A stretch of 64,000 nt of DNA from the IMG/VR virus record IMGVR_UViG_3300016471_001002, positions 32,001 to 96,000 of that record; one strand, written 5' to 3'. The notes below the pieces were generated by a model. That model saw only the letters and a program-made list of their open reading frames with translations, made no database searches and was not told the origin of the DNA. Position numbers and translations under genes: made by a program. This stretch comes from a virus. Taxonomy: Duplodnaviria; Caudoviricetes. Positions 1 to 10,324 of this stretch are shown here, in pieces; the stretch's first letter is position 1; every line of letters begins with the position of its first letter.

Positions 1-1
1 T

Positions 2-1513
2 AAAGTTACAAAGGGACCAATGACAACTCCTGCATGGGATGGAGATCCAGGTCCTCAAGAGGTAGCTTCTCCTCAATTCTATTGGGGTGTTAAGTTTGAA
101 AGAAATGATGTTCCTCTTAATTCAAATCTTTCAGAAGTAAAAAATTCTCTTCTTGAAAGTTATACGAAGTTTAGCGGAATCAAGAAATTAGATGTTTTGT
201 TAACTGGATCTGGTGCTGATACATTTAATAACAACAAATTCTCATTGTCCAAGGTTGCATTCTCTGCTGGAACGATCGCTGGATTAACAGGAACCGTTCG
301 TTCTCATATGAAAGAAGCAGCTTACATCAGAAATGCGAAAGTTGATCCAACGACATATACAATAAATGATCCTACATTAGGTAGTAGAATAACATTTGCA
401 TCTTTGTTGTCAAATGGAGAACCATACGAATTTAACAAATATTCATCATTTGCTAAGTTCACAACATTCATGCAAGGTGGATTTGATGGTCTAAACATTT
501 TAGATCCTGCAGCCGCAAGAATGAATGATAAGGCAACATCATTTGAAACTCCTCTTGGCGGAGCTTCATCAACTTTCGTATCACCTGGAATGTTGACAAA
601 CCGTGCAGGTGTTGGAGTAGACAACAATGCAGTCAATTCTTACATAACTGCGGTTGATGTTATGACAGATCCTCTTCAAGTTAATGTCAACTTGTTAGCA
701 CTTCCTGGTATCCGCGAAGATTACATTACAAATTACACTGCAAAGAAAGTTCGCGACTATGGCCTTTCAATGTATGTAATGGATCTTCCAAATTACGATG
801 ATAATGATGGTAGAATTTATGATGATTCAACAAGCAGAATTAACATAGAAAATACTGCCGCAACATTTGAAGCAAGATCATTTGACAACAATTATGTTGC
901 TGCTTACTTCCCAAATGTGTACGTAAATGATGAAACTAACAAGCGTTACGTTAAAGTTCCTTCATCAGTTGCTGCTTTAGGGGCTTTAGGATTCAATGAC
1001 AGAGTTGCATATCCATGGTTTGCACCGGCAGGATTTAATAGAGCAGCTCTAGATTTCGTCAATAACGTTGAAGTTAGATTAAACGTTTCTGATAGAGATA
1101 GACTTTATGATGCTAGAATCAATCCAATTGCAACATTCCCACGTTTGGGATTTGTGATTTACGGACAAAAGACTCTTCAAATAAGAAAGTCTGCTCTTGA
1201 TAGAGTTAACGTTCGTAGACTTCTACTTGAAGTTAAGAGATTGATCATAAACATCGCAAATAGAATTGTGTTCGAACAAAACACTCCAGCCGTTAGAAAC
1301 AAGTTTGTTGCTGATTCAGTTCTTCAATTAGGACTTATTCAAGCGCAAGCAGGCATCGAGGCATATCAAGTTGTGATGAATGAAACAAACAACACACAAG
1401 AAGATGTTGATCTCAATAGATTAAATGGTAGAATCGTCGTTGTTCCAACGAGAGCAATAGAATTCATTGCAATTGACTTTATTGTCACAAATGCAGGAGT
1501 TCAATTCGTTTGA
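2..1513 (+). CDS. Tail sheath protein, paralog 1 (5'-truncated; frame is open to the window edge)
   Basis: Sheath C-terminal motifs YPWFAPAG, INPI, GQKT, LDRVNVRRLL, EFIAIDF; no in-frame stop upstream of ATG 20. Confidence 0.9.
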   Translation, partial: KVTKGPMTTPAWDGDPGPQEVASPQFYWGVKFERNDVPLNSNLSEVKNSLLESYTKFSGIKKLDVLLTGSGADTFNNNKFSLSKVAFSAGTIAGLTGTVRSHMKEAAYIRNAKVDPTTYTINDPTLGSRITFASLLSNGEPYEFNKYSSFAKFTTFMQGGFDGLNILDPAAARMNDKATSFETPLGGASSTFVSPGMLTNRAGVGVDNNAVNSYITAVDVMTDPLQVNVNLLALPGIREDYITNYTAKKVRDYGLSMYVMDLPNYDDNDGRIYDDSTSRINIENTAATFEARSFDNNYVAAYFPNVYVNDETNKRYVKVPSSVAALGALGFNDRVAYPWFAPAGFNRAALDFVNNVEVRLNVSDRDRLYDARINPIATFPRLGFVIYGQKTLQIRKSALDRVNVRRLLLEVKRLIINIANRIVFEQNTPAVRNKFVADSVLQLGLIQAQAGIEAYQVVMNETNNTQEDVDLNRLNGRIVVVPTRAIEFIAIDFIVTNAGVQFV

Positions 1514-1536
1514 TCTAAAAATTCTTATGTAATCTG

Positions 1537-1543
1537 ATACTTA
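1537..1543 (+). promoter_or_regulatory. Putative phage late promoter motif ATANTTA (ATACTTA)
   Basis: Upstream of sheath 2; the same heptamer recurs shortly upstream of many structural genes. Confidence 0.55.
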
Positions 1544-1571
1544 TCAAGCAAGTTGTAGGAGCGAAAAATAA

Positions 1572-4500
1572 ATGGCACAGCTCAAATTTGGAAGCGCAGG
1601 GGTAACGACAAGAGAAATTGATTTAACAGGACCGGTTTCAGTATCACCTTCAGGGGTTCCTGCTGGGATAATTGGAACATCAGTTAAAGGACCGGCATTC
1701 GTTCCTTTAACGTACGGTACATTAAGCGATTTCTTCGCAAAGTTTGGCGAAAGTGATTCTAAGAAATTTGGACCGATGGCGGTAGCAGAATGGATGAAGA
1801 GAGCTACTTCCGTAACTTACCTTAGGGTTTTAGGTGTAGGCGATGGAAAGAAAAGAGTAGCTAGCGGCCAAGCTGCTGGTGACGTAACGAATTCTGGATT
1901 CACTGTTGGTGAACAACTTCCTTCTTCTAATGGAACATTATCATCTAACACGTATGCAAATTCTGGCGGCGTTTTAGGTAGAACATATTTCTTAGGATGT
2001 TTCATGTCTGAATCTGCAGGATCTAACGTTTTTAATTCTGCTGGATTGCAAGGAACAGGAAGTGTTAACGGAATCGGATTAAACACAGCGGTACCAATTG
2101 TAAGAGGAATTTTAATGGCTCCATCAGGAGTCATTTTAAGATTATCTGCTTCTGCAACAGGACTAGATTCTAGTAAACCTTCTTCAGGATTGGTAGGAGA
2201 TGATTCTGCAGCAAAGGGAACATCATTGGGTTCTCTTGTTTTAGGATCCGGAGCATCTGCAAAACAAGAATTTACCATTTTGTTAAATGGTCATAAGGGA
2301 ACAGACGCTTCATATCCGAACGTTCTTACTGCGTCTTTTGATGTCACTGCAGCAAATTACATCAGCAAGGTTTTAAACACGGATCCTTATAAGATTCAAC
2401 AAGCTGGTCATTATCTTGCTGCACACTGGGATATTCATCCAACTTTAGCGGTCGTAACCGGCGTTGGCGTAGTTTCAGCAGCACCAGTTAATCAAAGTGA
2501 AAGATCTGCATTCTTATTATCTTCATCGTTATCAAGAAATGTTGGGTCTTCTACTGTTCCAAACTATGAAGGATTTAGAGACAGATTCTCTAGCGCAAAA
2601 TCGCCTTGGGTCGTTTCACAAAAATTCGGTGGATCTCAAACAAACTTGTTCAAGCTCCACGCTCTAGACTCCGGTGCGGGGATTTCTAACAAATTCAAGA
2701 TTTCGATTTACAACATCGTTCCTTCAAACGATCCATTAAACAAATATGGATCATTCAGCCTTGCAGTAAGAAGCCTTACTGATACAGACATAGACCAAAA
2801 AGTTCTAGAACGTTGGGAAGGATTGAATCTAGATCCTTCATCGGATAGATACATCGGCAAGGTCATCGGAGATGTCAACGCTTATTATGATTTTGATAGA
2901 GATGATGCTGCTCAAAAGCTTGTCATCGAAGGAAATTATGAACTAAGATCCAGATATGTTAGAGTTGAAGTATCAACTGCTGTTGCAGAACAAGCAGTTG
3001 ATCCAACTGCTCTTCCAATGGGCTTTAGAGGAATTTCTCATCTAGTTACATCAGGTTCTGCTCCTCTTGCGGCTTTAGGTGGAGTAGATGCTTCTGCACT
3101 ATCAGATTCCACATTTACAAGAAACTCAGTTGAACCCCCACTTCCATTTAGAAATCACTTAAATGACGGAACAGGTCAACAAACTCAAGTAAATTCAAGA
3201 TATCATTGGGGCGCTAAGTTTGAGCACATTATAAGCTTGACAGAACAAAACAGTTCAGTTCTTCAAGACAAGTCATTTAATAGCTTTACAAAGCATTTCC
3301 CAGGTCATTCAACATCTAATGTTAACTTCGTCGTCGGTGATAATTCTGGAGCTGCTGATACTGTTCAAAACGGTATTATGGATGCAGATAGATTCTGTGG
3401 TAATTTATTCACTCTTGAAAACATTAAGATCACAACAGGATCGAACGGAACTGTCGCACAAAATGATGATTGGAAGTATGCATCTTATATCAGAAATGGT
3501 AACATAGTTGCCGACGACACGGCAAAGACTCGTGCAGTTCAAGTCAGCGATCTTTCAAATTCTCAAAATCGTAAGTTCCTTAAATTCTCATTCATCATGC
3601 AAGGTGGATTCGATGGTGTTAACATCTTTGACAAGGACGAGTCAGAGATTAATAACGCGGCCGTAGTTGCAGACATGGATGATGTTAATAGAGGAAGATC
3701 ATCAGGTCCAAACGTATCTGCATATGTTAAGGCACTCGAAGTGATGAAGAATACAACCAATGTTGATATTCAACTTTTGGCAATACCAGGAATTCGCGCA
3801 CCAATCGTTACAGATGAAGCGATAAGAGCAACAGAAGAACGCTTCGACGCACTTTACATCATGGACATTGAGCAAGTCGATAAGGATGGAAATCTTATCA
3901 ATATTACTTCAAACGTCAAACCATCTGTCACGGAAACAGTTGCACAACATAAGGCAAGAAGCCTTAACACGTCATTTGCTGCAGCTTACTTCCCAGATGT
4001 ATTGATCAAGGATCCTTCCCTTCAAACAAACTCTGTCATTGTTCCACCATCAGTTGTAGTGATGGGAGCATTGGCATTGAATGATTCTTTAGGATATCCA
4101 TGGTTTGCGCCGGCTGGTTTAACAAGAGGCGAGCTTCCTTCAACATTAGAGACAAGCATTCAACTTAAGGATGCAGATCTTGATTCTCTTTATGATGAGG
4201 ACATCAACCCTCTATATGCTCCAGCAACAGCAACGCGTGGAGGAACAGGTCCAAAAGGTGGAGTTGTAGTGTGGGGACAAAAGACAATGCTTCAATCAGC
4301 ATCAGCGCTTGATAGAATCAACGTTAGACGTCTTCTTATCGACATTCGTCGTCAAGTTCGTGAGATTGCTCAAACAATCATTTTCGAGCCAAATCGCGAA
4401 GCAACCCTCGCAAGATTCACTGCTGCAGTCACTCCGAGACTCCAAAGAATTCAAGCTCTCGCTGGTCTTGAAAGATTCAGAGTTATCATTGATTCTTCTA

Positions 4501-4625
4501 CGACAACGCAACAAGATGTCGAGAATAACACTGTCCGTGGCAAGATCTTCTTACAACCCACCAAGACAATTGAGTTCGTTTCATTGGACTTCGTTGTGGC
4601 CAACAACCTTCAACAAGTACAGTGA
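1572..4625 (+). CDS. Tail sheath protein, paralog 2
   Basis: N-terminal SAGVTTREID and GPAFVP; C-terminal YPWFAPAG, WGQKT, LDRINVRRLL, IEFVSLDF; AGGAG SD. Confidence 0.92.
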   Translation: MAQLKFGSAGVTTREIDLTGPVSVSPSGVPAGIIGTSVKGPAFVPLTYGTLSDFFAKFGESDSKKFGPMAVAEWMKRATSVTYLRVLGVGDGKKRVASGQAAGDVTNSGFTVGEQLPSSNGTLSSNTYANSGGVLGRTYFLGCFMSESAGSNVFNSAGLQGTGSVNGIGLNTAVPIVRGILMAPSGVILRLSASATGLDSSKPSSGLVGDDSAAKGTSLGSLVLGSGASAKQEFTILLNGHKGTDASYPNVLTASFDVTAANYISKVLNTDPYKIQQAGHYLAAHWDIHPTLAVVTGVGVVSAAPVNQSERSAFLLSSSLSRNVGSSTVPNYEGFRDRFSSAKSPWVVSQKFGGSQTNLFKLHALDSGAGISNKFKISIYNIVPSNDPLNKYGSFSLAVRSLTDTDIDQKVLERWEGLNLDPSSDRYIGKVIGDVNAYYDFDRDDAAQKLVIEGNYELRSRYVRVEVSTAVAEQAVDPTALPMGFRGISHLVTSGSAPLAALGGVDASALSDSTFTRNSVEPPLPFRNHLNDGTGQQTQVNSRYHWGAKFEHIISLTEQNSSVLQDKSFNSFTKHFPGHSTSNVNFVVGDNSGAADTVQNGIMDADRFCGNLFTLENIKITTGSNGTVAQNDDWKYASYIRNGNIVADDTAKTRAVQVSDLSNSQNRKFLKFSFIMQGGFDGVNIFDKDESEINNAAVVADMDDVNRGRSSGPNVSAYVKALEVMKNTTNVDIQLLAIPGIRAPIVTDEAIRATEERFDALYIMDIEQVDKDGNLINITSNVKPSVTETVAQHKARSLNTSFAAAYFPDVLIKDPSLQTNSVIVPPSVVVMGALALNDSLGYPWFAPAGLTRGELPSTLETSIQLKDADLDSLYDEDINPLYAPATATRGGTGPKGGVVVWGQKTMLQSASALDRINVRRLLIDIRRQVREIAQTIIFEPNREATLARFTAAVTPRLQRIQALAGLERFRVIIDSSTTTQQDVENNTVRGKIFLQPTKTIEFVSLDFVVANNLQQVQ

Positions 4626-4680
4626 AAATAATTGATAAAAATGTTTGATATATTCAAGCATTTTAATATCAAATAATTTT

Positions 4681-4712
4681 TAAGGGCTTCTTATGAGGCC
4701 CTTAATTTTTTG
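4681..4712 (+). terminator. Rho-independent terminator
   Basis: taagggc-ttcttatgag-gccctta stem followed by a T run. Confidence 0.65.
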
Positions 4713-4747
4713 TTTTGAAATCTTGGTTATATAGATTAAAAAGCAGC

Positions 4748-4754
4748 ATAGTTA
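4748..4754 (+). promoter_or_regulatory. Putative late promoter ATAGTTA
   Basis: ATANTTA upstream of sheath 3, after a terminator. Confidence 0.55.
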
Positions 4755-4777
4755 TGAACCAATAGAAGTTTATTTAA

Positions 4778-7700
4778 ATGCCACAAGTCAAGTATAATAG
4801 CCCTGGAGTTACAGCCAATGATGCTGGCATAATTCCGCGATTAAATAGAAATGTAGTTTCAAATCCCGCGACTGTTATAGGCACATCCCCTAAAGGACCT
4901 GCTTTCGTCCCAATGGGTTTTTCTAAAGTTCAAGAATTTCAAGACATGTTTGGAATTCCCTATGTATCTGGATCCAGGGTTTCCTCTTATGAACGATTAA
5001 CTGATTATGGGCCGTTGGCTGTACAAACGCACATAAGCAATGGCGGATCAGCCACTTTTATGAGAGTTTTAGGGTCGGGAAATTGTAAAAAAAGAGTTGA
5101 AACAGGATCTACTGCAGGAGATGTAATAAATTCTGGATTTACCGTTGGAGAAGAACAACCAGATCAAGAAAATTTTTCTGGATCCATCAATAAAAATCCA
5201 TATGCAAATGCAGGTGGGCCCTTAGGAAGAACATACTTCTTAGGGTGTTTTATGTCTGAATCTGTAGGATCTAACATTTTTAACTCAGCTGGCCTACAAG
5301 GAACAGGAAGCGTTAACGGAATTGGATTAAATACGGCAGTACCAATTGTCCGTGGAATTTTAATGGCTCCATCAGGAGTCATTTTAAGATTATCTGCTTC
5401 CGTCGCCGGATATAACTCTTCTCAACCTTCTTCTGCACAAATTGCTTCTGATTCTTCAGCAAAAGGAACAACTTTAGGTGCAATTAAATTATTTGATGAA
5501 AATTCTGGTAATCAATTGCAACAATTTATCATCTTATTGAATGGACACAAAGGATCTGAAGATTATCCGAATGTTATAACTGCATCTTTAGATATGCAGT
5601 CTCCTCTGTATATAACTAGAGTTTTAAATACTACAGCTTCATTAGCACAAAAAGCTGGCCATTATTTAGCATCTCATTGGGATATACATCCAGCCGTTGC
5701 AACGTTAACTGGAGTCGGTGTAATTTCATCCGGCGCAGGTGCCGCCAGTAATTCTTCTAGAGTATTTTCTACTGAAAGATCTGTGTTTTTATTAACATCT
5801 TCTTTACAAAGAGATGTCGGGTCTTTGACCGTTCCAAACTATGAAGGTTTTAGAGATAGATTTTCTTATGCATCTACTCCTTGGATTATTTCTCAAAAAA
5901 TTCATGGCAAATACATAAATTTATTTAAGCTTCATTCTTTAGATGCAGGATATCAAAGAGAAAAATACAAGATCATAATTCATGATATTTCATTGATTGA
6001 AGATGAATCCAAATTAAAATTTGGAACATTTAGTTTAACGATACGAAGAATGCATGATTTTGATGAAATAGATTCTCCATTAGAAACGTTTATTAATTTA
6101 AGTTTGAATCCAAAATCTGATCGATATATTGCAAAAGTGATAGGAGATTCTAACACTTACTTCGATTTTGATAGACCTGATGATAGTCAAAAGCTTGTTT
6201 TCGAAGGAAATTATCCAAACAATTCAAAATACATTAGAGTAGAAATGTCTAACGACGTTTCAAATGATAAAATTCCTTACGATACAATTCCAATGGGTTT
6301 CAGAGGAATACCTCACATTGTAACCTCTGGGTCTTCAGTTATGGCTTCTTTAGGAGGTCAGGATTCTACAGCATTATTGGATTCTACTTTCTTAAAAAAT
6401 CTTGTAACTTATCCTCTACCGTTAGCTGACAACATTTCTGTTTTTAATGGTGATGTTCAAGACGTATCCAAGACAAGAAGGTGGGGAATTAAATTTGATC
6501 ATATTGTTAACCAACAAAAACAGAATAATTTTAAGCACATAAATGAATCGATTGATAGCTTTACAAAACATTATCCAAATCATTCAACAATTAATGTGAA
6601 TTTTTCAGTAGCTGATAATCAAGGAGTTCAAGATACTACTCAGCTTGGAATATTGGACGCAGATAGATTCTGCAATAACGTTTTTACATTAGAAAATGTA
6701 AAAATTGTGACTGGATCAACGGGATACTCTCCAAACGAAAATTGGAAATATGCTAGATACGTTAGGAATGGAATTATAACGGTTGATGATGTAGAAAAAA
6801 CTAGAAGAGTCGATATATCAGATTTTACAGATGTAACAAGTAGAAATTTCTTATCATTTCAAACGACGCTTTGCGGAGGATTTGACGGAACAAACGTTTT
6901 TGATTCGAACGAATTTAATTTGACAAACTTAGCCGTAGTTGCAGACATGAATGATCCTACTAGAGGAAAATCTTCCGCAGCTACGACCGCAGCTTATCTA
7001 AAGTCTTTAGAAATACTTGCAGACACATCTGCAGTAGACATGCAAGTACTAGCAATTCCAGGGATAAGAGCCCCTATTATAACTGATGAAGCAGCGGATG
7101 TAGCGGAAAGACGAATGGACTCTTTGTATGTGATGGATATTGAACAGATTGATGATAATGATGAACAGATTGAAATATCTAAAACTATCGCTTATAGTAA
7201 TCAATTGATACCAAACTTGCAGAAAACGATTGACAACTTTGAATCCAGAGCAATTAATACATCTTATGCTGCAGCATATTATCCTGACGTATCATTAAAA
7301 ATTGATGCTCCTACTTACGGTTTTGGCTCTATTGAAGTTCCTCCTTCCGTCGCAGTCTTAGGAGGTCTAGCAGTAAATGATCTTTTCGGTCAACCTTGGT
7401 TATCACCAGCTGGAAACATTAGAGGATCTCTTCCCGACGTTGATTCTACAATAGTAAAATTAAAAAAATCTGATGTAGATTTTCTATATAAAAAGAATAT
7501 TAATTTTCTATATGCGCCTTCCAATGTAGCAGGAACGATAATAAATGGTATCGGTTCTGGCGTGGTCATTGGAGGTCAGAAAACATTAAATAAGTCCATG
7601 TCTTCATTGTCTAGAATTAGTACAAGAAGATTGCTTATTAACATTAGAAAAAGAGTAAGAAATATATCGTTGCGTCTTTTGTTTGAACAAGACAGAACAA

Positions 7701-7918
7701 TAATTTCAGATAGATTTACTCAAGAAGCTTCTGAGGCTCTTGATTCTATTAAGGCGACAGGCGGAATAGAAAATTACAGAATTGAATTTGAAACAGCTTC
7801 AACGAATGACATAGACAATCAAACGGTCCGTGGAAAAATTTATATCAAGCCTCCAAAATCCATTGATTATCTATCATTGGATTTTATAGTATCTAACAAT
7901 CTACAATCAGAGATTTAA
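4778..7918 (+). CDS. Tail sheath protein, paralog 3 (more divergent)
   Basis: Colinear with paralog 2 along its length; PWLSPAG, GGQKT, LSRISTRRLL, IDYLSLDF. Confidence 0.88.
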   Translation: MPQVKYNSPGVTANDAGIIPRLNRNVVSNPATVIGTSPKGPAFVPMGFSKVQEFQDMFGIPYVSGSRVSSYERLTDYGPLAVQTHISNGGSATFMRVLGSGNCKKRVETGSTAGDVINSGFTVGEEQPDQENFSGSINKNPYANAGGPLGRTYFLGCFMSESVGSNIFNSAGLQGTGSVNGIGLNTAVPIVRGILMAPSGVILRLSASVAGYNSSQPSSAQIASDSSAKGTTLGAIKLFDENSGNQLQQFIILLNGHKGSEDYPNVITASLDMQSPLYITRVLNTTASLAQKAGHYLASHWDIHPAVATLTGVGVISSGAGAASNSSRVFSTERSVFLLTSSLQRDVGSLTVPNYEGFRDRFSYASTPWIISQKIHGKYINLFKLHSLDAGYQREKYKIIIHDISLIEDESKLKFGTFSLTIRRMHDFDEIDSPLETFINLSLNPKSDRYIAKVIGDSNTYFDFDRPDDSQKLVFEGNYPNNSKYIRVEMSNDVSNDKIPYDTIPMGFRGIPHIVTSGSSVMASLGGQDSTALLDSTFLKNLVTYPLPLADNISVFNGDVQDVSKTRRWGIKFDHIVNQQKQNNFKHINESIDSFTKHYPNHSTINVNFSVADNQGVQDTTQLGILDADRFCNNVFTLENVKIVTGSTGYSPNENWKYARYVRNGIITVDDVEKTRRVDISDFTDVTSRNFLSFQTTLCGGFDGTNVFDSNEFNLTNLAVVADMNDPTRGKSSAATTAAYLKSLEILADTSAVDMQVLAIPGIRAPIITDEAADVAERRMDSLYVMDIEQIDDNDEQIEISKTIAYSNQLIPNLQKTIDNFESRAINTSYAAAYYPDVSLKIDAPTYGFGSIEVPPSVAVLGGLAVNDLFGQPWLSPAGNIRGSLPDVDSTIVKLKKSDVDFLYKKNINFLYAPSNVAGTIINGIGSGVVIGGQKTLNKSMSSLSRISTRRLLINIRKRVRNISLRLLFEQDRTIISDRFTQEASEALDSIKATGGIENYRIEFETASTNDIDNQTVRGKIYIKPPKSIDYLSLDFIVSNNLQSEI

Positions 7919-9573
7919 AGGTCTAGTTCAAAAACGTAATTTTCGCAGCCCCAAATCTTAACAACTCCGGCTTGGTCTGCTACTTCGGCTTCTGTAAGAC
8001 CCTCAGAGGCATCCGCTTTAAACTTGAATCGGTTGTATCTGTTTTCAAAATCAGTCCACCAGAATCGAGGAGGGGTTCGATTGATTTCTTTGAATCCAGC
8101 CAATTTATAACCGTTGCCAGTTCCTCCCCAACGGTGGTCAACATATGTTACGATTTTTTTATGACCATTTTCATTGGCCCATTTTTTGACATATTTTATG
8201 AGCCTGCTAAGGCCGCCGGGAATGTTATGATTTAACTTTGGACAGCATCTTGCGACTTCGATTCCTTCATGTTTTTTATGAAACGGCCGGCGTACAGACA
8301 CACCATAAACAATTTCATCTGAATCGTCAATTAATCCCCATGCCGTGATTGAAGCGACATCTCCATCTGCATGATTTTCTTCAAAGAAATCTTTTCTTTC
8401 CATGCGAGTTAATTGCCTAATTTTACACTTTCTTGCATGAATTGTCTTTGAAGCAAGTCCGAGGCGAGACATAATCATTGATTGAATGATGTTCTTTTTG
8501 TCTCTCCATTCGTCTTCAAAAACGTGAACCAGTTTGACGCCGGCTTCTTCTGCGCTTAATGTTTTATTGTTGTGATATCCTTGCGTTTTATTAATGTAAC
8601 TATGCCAATATAGACCGTTGTATTCCACGGCTAACTTTTTATCTTCAACTAGAATATCCAGTTCCAATCCGCCTAAAGTTTTTCTTATGTTTCTAGAGAC
8701 CTTAACGCCTAATGACTCAATCCACTTTGCTAATTCTTCTTGTGCTGCAGATCCGCCGGGAGAGCAATGATAACAATGACCTCTCTGTAAGCTACGTAAT
8801 GAACCTTGAAATTGCTTGCCACATTTATTACATTCAACTACAATGATTTTCTGTGCATCATTGATGTAATTTTCAAGTCCACCGATGATTTTAAGTTGAC
8901 CTGAACTCTCTATTCTTCCTTTAATTTCATCGTGTGATAATCGCTTTAAGTGGTCCAACCTGTCTCTAATCTGTCGTTGTTTCATCTTTAATGAAACCTT
9001 TTGTGACAGCATTTGAATTCTATCGTCAGCGTCTTTGGATAATCCTTTTGCCCAAGGAATAATCTCTCCGGATGCAAACTTGCTTTTTAAGTTTTCTTTT
9101 ATAGCCGCGACTCTAGTGTCTGTCGCCGAAGTTAATCCTTTATTCCATGACTGGATTTGACCATTATCGAAACTTGCTTTTCTACCCTTCGAAGTCGCTG
9201 CTGCTCTATCTTTAATTCTTTGGTCAGTTTCTTTTGTCAGGCCTTTGGCCCAACTTGACTTTCCTTTCAAAGATTCAGACCTTTTCTTCGCGATTTCTGC
9301 TGCGCCTTCAGGTTTCATGACCTTGTATATGGAACCGTTGTGACCGTTGATGACCTTGGAATATCCTTTCCACCACCCATTCCATTTTGTTGGTTGTTCA
9401 CAACCACATGCGCATCTTATGGGGCCATTGTTTAATTGATTCCATAGTTCTTGTGTCGTAATTTGATGAATTTCTTTAAGGTGATCCTCAAATGACGTGA
9501 GCCTCTTTGATTTAAAGTCTTTGCATAAAGGGCATTCTATGATCCTTAATTTCATTTTTTCGTTGATAGCCAT
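7915..9573 (-). CDS. Free-standing homing endonuclease (Hef/Vsr-like PD-(D/E)xK) with three WxKGL NUMOD-like repeats
   Basis: ELDILVEDKKLAVEYNGLYWHS and HVFEDEW nuclease motifs; repeats SWAKGLTKETDQRI, SWNKGLTSATDTRV, PWAKGLSKDADDRI; antisense insertion in the tail operon. Confidence 0.75.
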   Translation of the reverse strand: MAINEKMKLRIIECPLCKDFKSKRLTSFEDHLKEIHQITTQELWNQLNNGPIRCACGCEQPTKWNGWWKGYSKVINGHNGSIYKVMKPEGAAEIAKKRSESLKGKSSWAKGLTKETDQRIKDRAAATSKGRKASFDNGQIQSWNKGLTSATDTRVAAIKENLKSKFASGEIIPWAKGLSKDADDRIQMLSQKVSLKMKQRQIRDRLDHLKRLSHDEIKGRIESSGQLKIIGGLENYINDAQKIIVVECNKCGKQFQGSLRSLQRGHCYHCSPGGSAAQEELAKWIESLGVKVSRNIRKTLGGLELDILVEDKKLAVEYNGLYWHSYINKTQGYHNNKTLSAEEAGVKLVHVFEDEWRDKKNIIQSMIMSRLGLASKTIHARKCKIRQLTRMERKDFFEENHADGDVASITAWGLIDDSDEIVYGVSVRRPFHKKHEGIEVARCCPKLNHNIPGGLSRLIKYVKKWANENGHKKIVTYVDHRWGGTGNGYKLAGFKEINRTPPRFWWTDFENRYNRFKFKADASEGLTEAEVADQAGVVKIWGCENYVFELDL

Positions 9574-9657
9574 TCGTTCTTGAGCTTCCCTACTACCCTA
9601 ATATATTCACTAACGGAAAAAAACTTTAGAAAAAATAGCATCAGTTTTCTTATAAGA

Positions 9658-9664
9658 ATATTTA
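9658..9664 (+). promoter_or_regulatory. Putative late promoter ATATTTA
   Basis: ATANTTA upstream of the tail tube gene (AGGAG SD follows). Confidence 0.55.
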
Positions 9665-9695
9665 TCAATACTCATCCTCATAGGAGACAATCACA

Positions 9696-10184
9696 ATGGC
9701 TGAGACACTCGACGTTACATCAATGATTCCCAATAAATTCGAACCAAAGCGCAAGAATCGCTGGGTTCTCATGATTGAAGGCATTGACGCCTACATCATC
9801 AAGACAGCAGCTCGTCCACAAGTCACGACCGAAGAAGTTGAAATTCCATTCATCAACTCTCGCCGTTACCTCGCTGGCAAGACAACGTTCAGCACAATGA
9901 ACGTGACTCTTCACGACCCAATTGCTCCATCCGGTGCGCAACAAGTCATGGAGTGGATTCGCCTCCACTTCGAGTCAGTCTCCGGCCGCTCTGGCTATGC
10001 TGATTTCTATAAGCGTGATATTCAGTTAAAGATGCTTGATCCAGTCGGCACTGTCGTAGAATTATGGGACATCAAGGGAGCATTTATCACAGATGCAAAC
10101 TTCAATGAAGTCACGTATGAGGACGGCGCGCCAGTTGAAATTTCTTTAACTCTTCGTTACGATAATTGCGTACTGCAATACTGA
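9696..10184 (+). CDS. Tail tube protein (T4 gp19-like)
   Basis: 162 aa; FEPKRKNRW, RRYLAGK, YKRDIQLKMLDPVG..VE.W.IKGAF, LTLRYD; follows the sheath genes. Confidence 0.88.
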   Translation: MAETLDVTSMIPNKFEPKRKNRWVLMIEGIDAYIIKTAARPQVTTEEVEIPFINSRRYLAGKTTFSTMNVTLHDPIAPSGAQQVMEWIRLHFESVSGRSGYADFYKRDIQLKMLDPVGTVVELWDIKGAFITDANFNEVTYEDGAPVEISLTLRYDNCVLQY

Positions 10185-10205
10185 TTTATTCACACTCAAA
10201 ATTGG

Positions 10206-10236
10206 AAGGTCCGCAGAAATAACTGTGGACCTTTTT
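10206..10236 (+). terminator. Rho-independent terminator
   Basis: aaggtccgcag-aaataa-ctgtggacctt followed by T run. Confidence 0.8.
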
Positions 10237-10324
10237 AGTTTTTATAATTTATAATTTTTCTAACGCAAAAGATTTACTTTTTTATCTTATGATTACATAA
10301 TGTAGACAGATCGTTAGGAGATTT

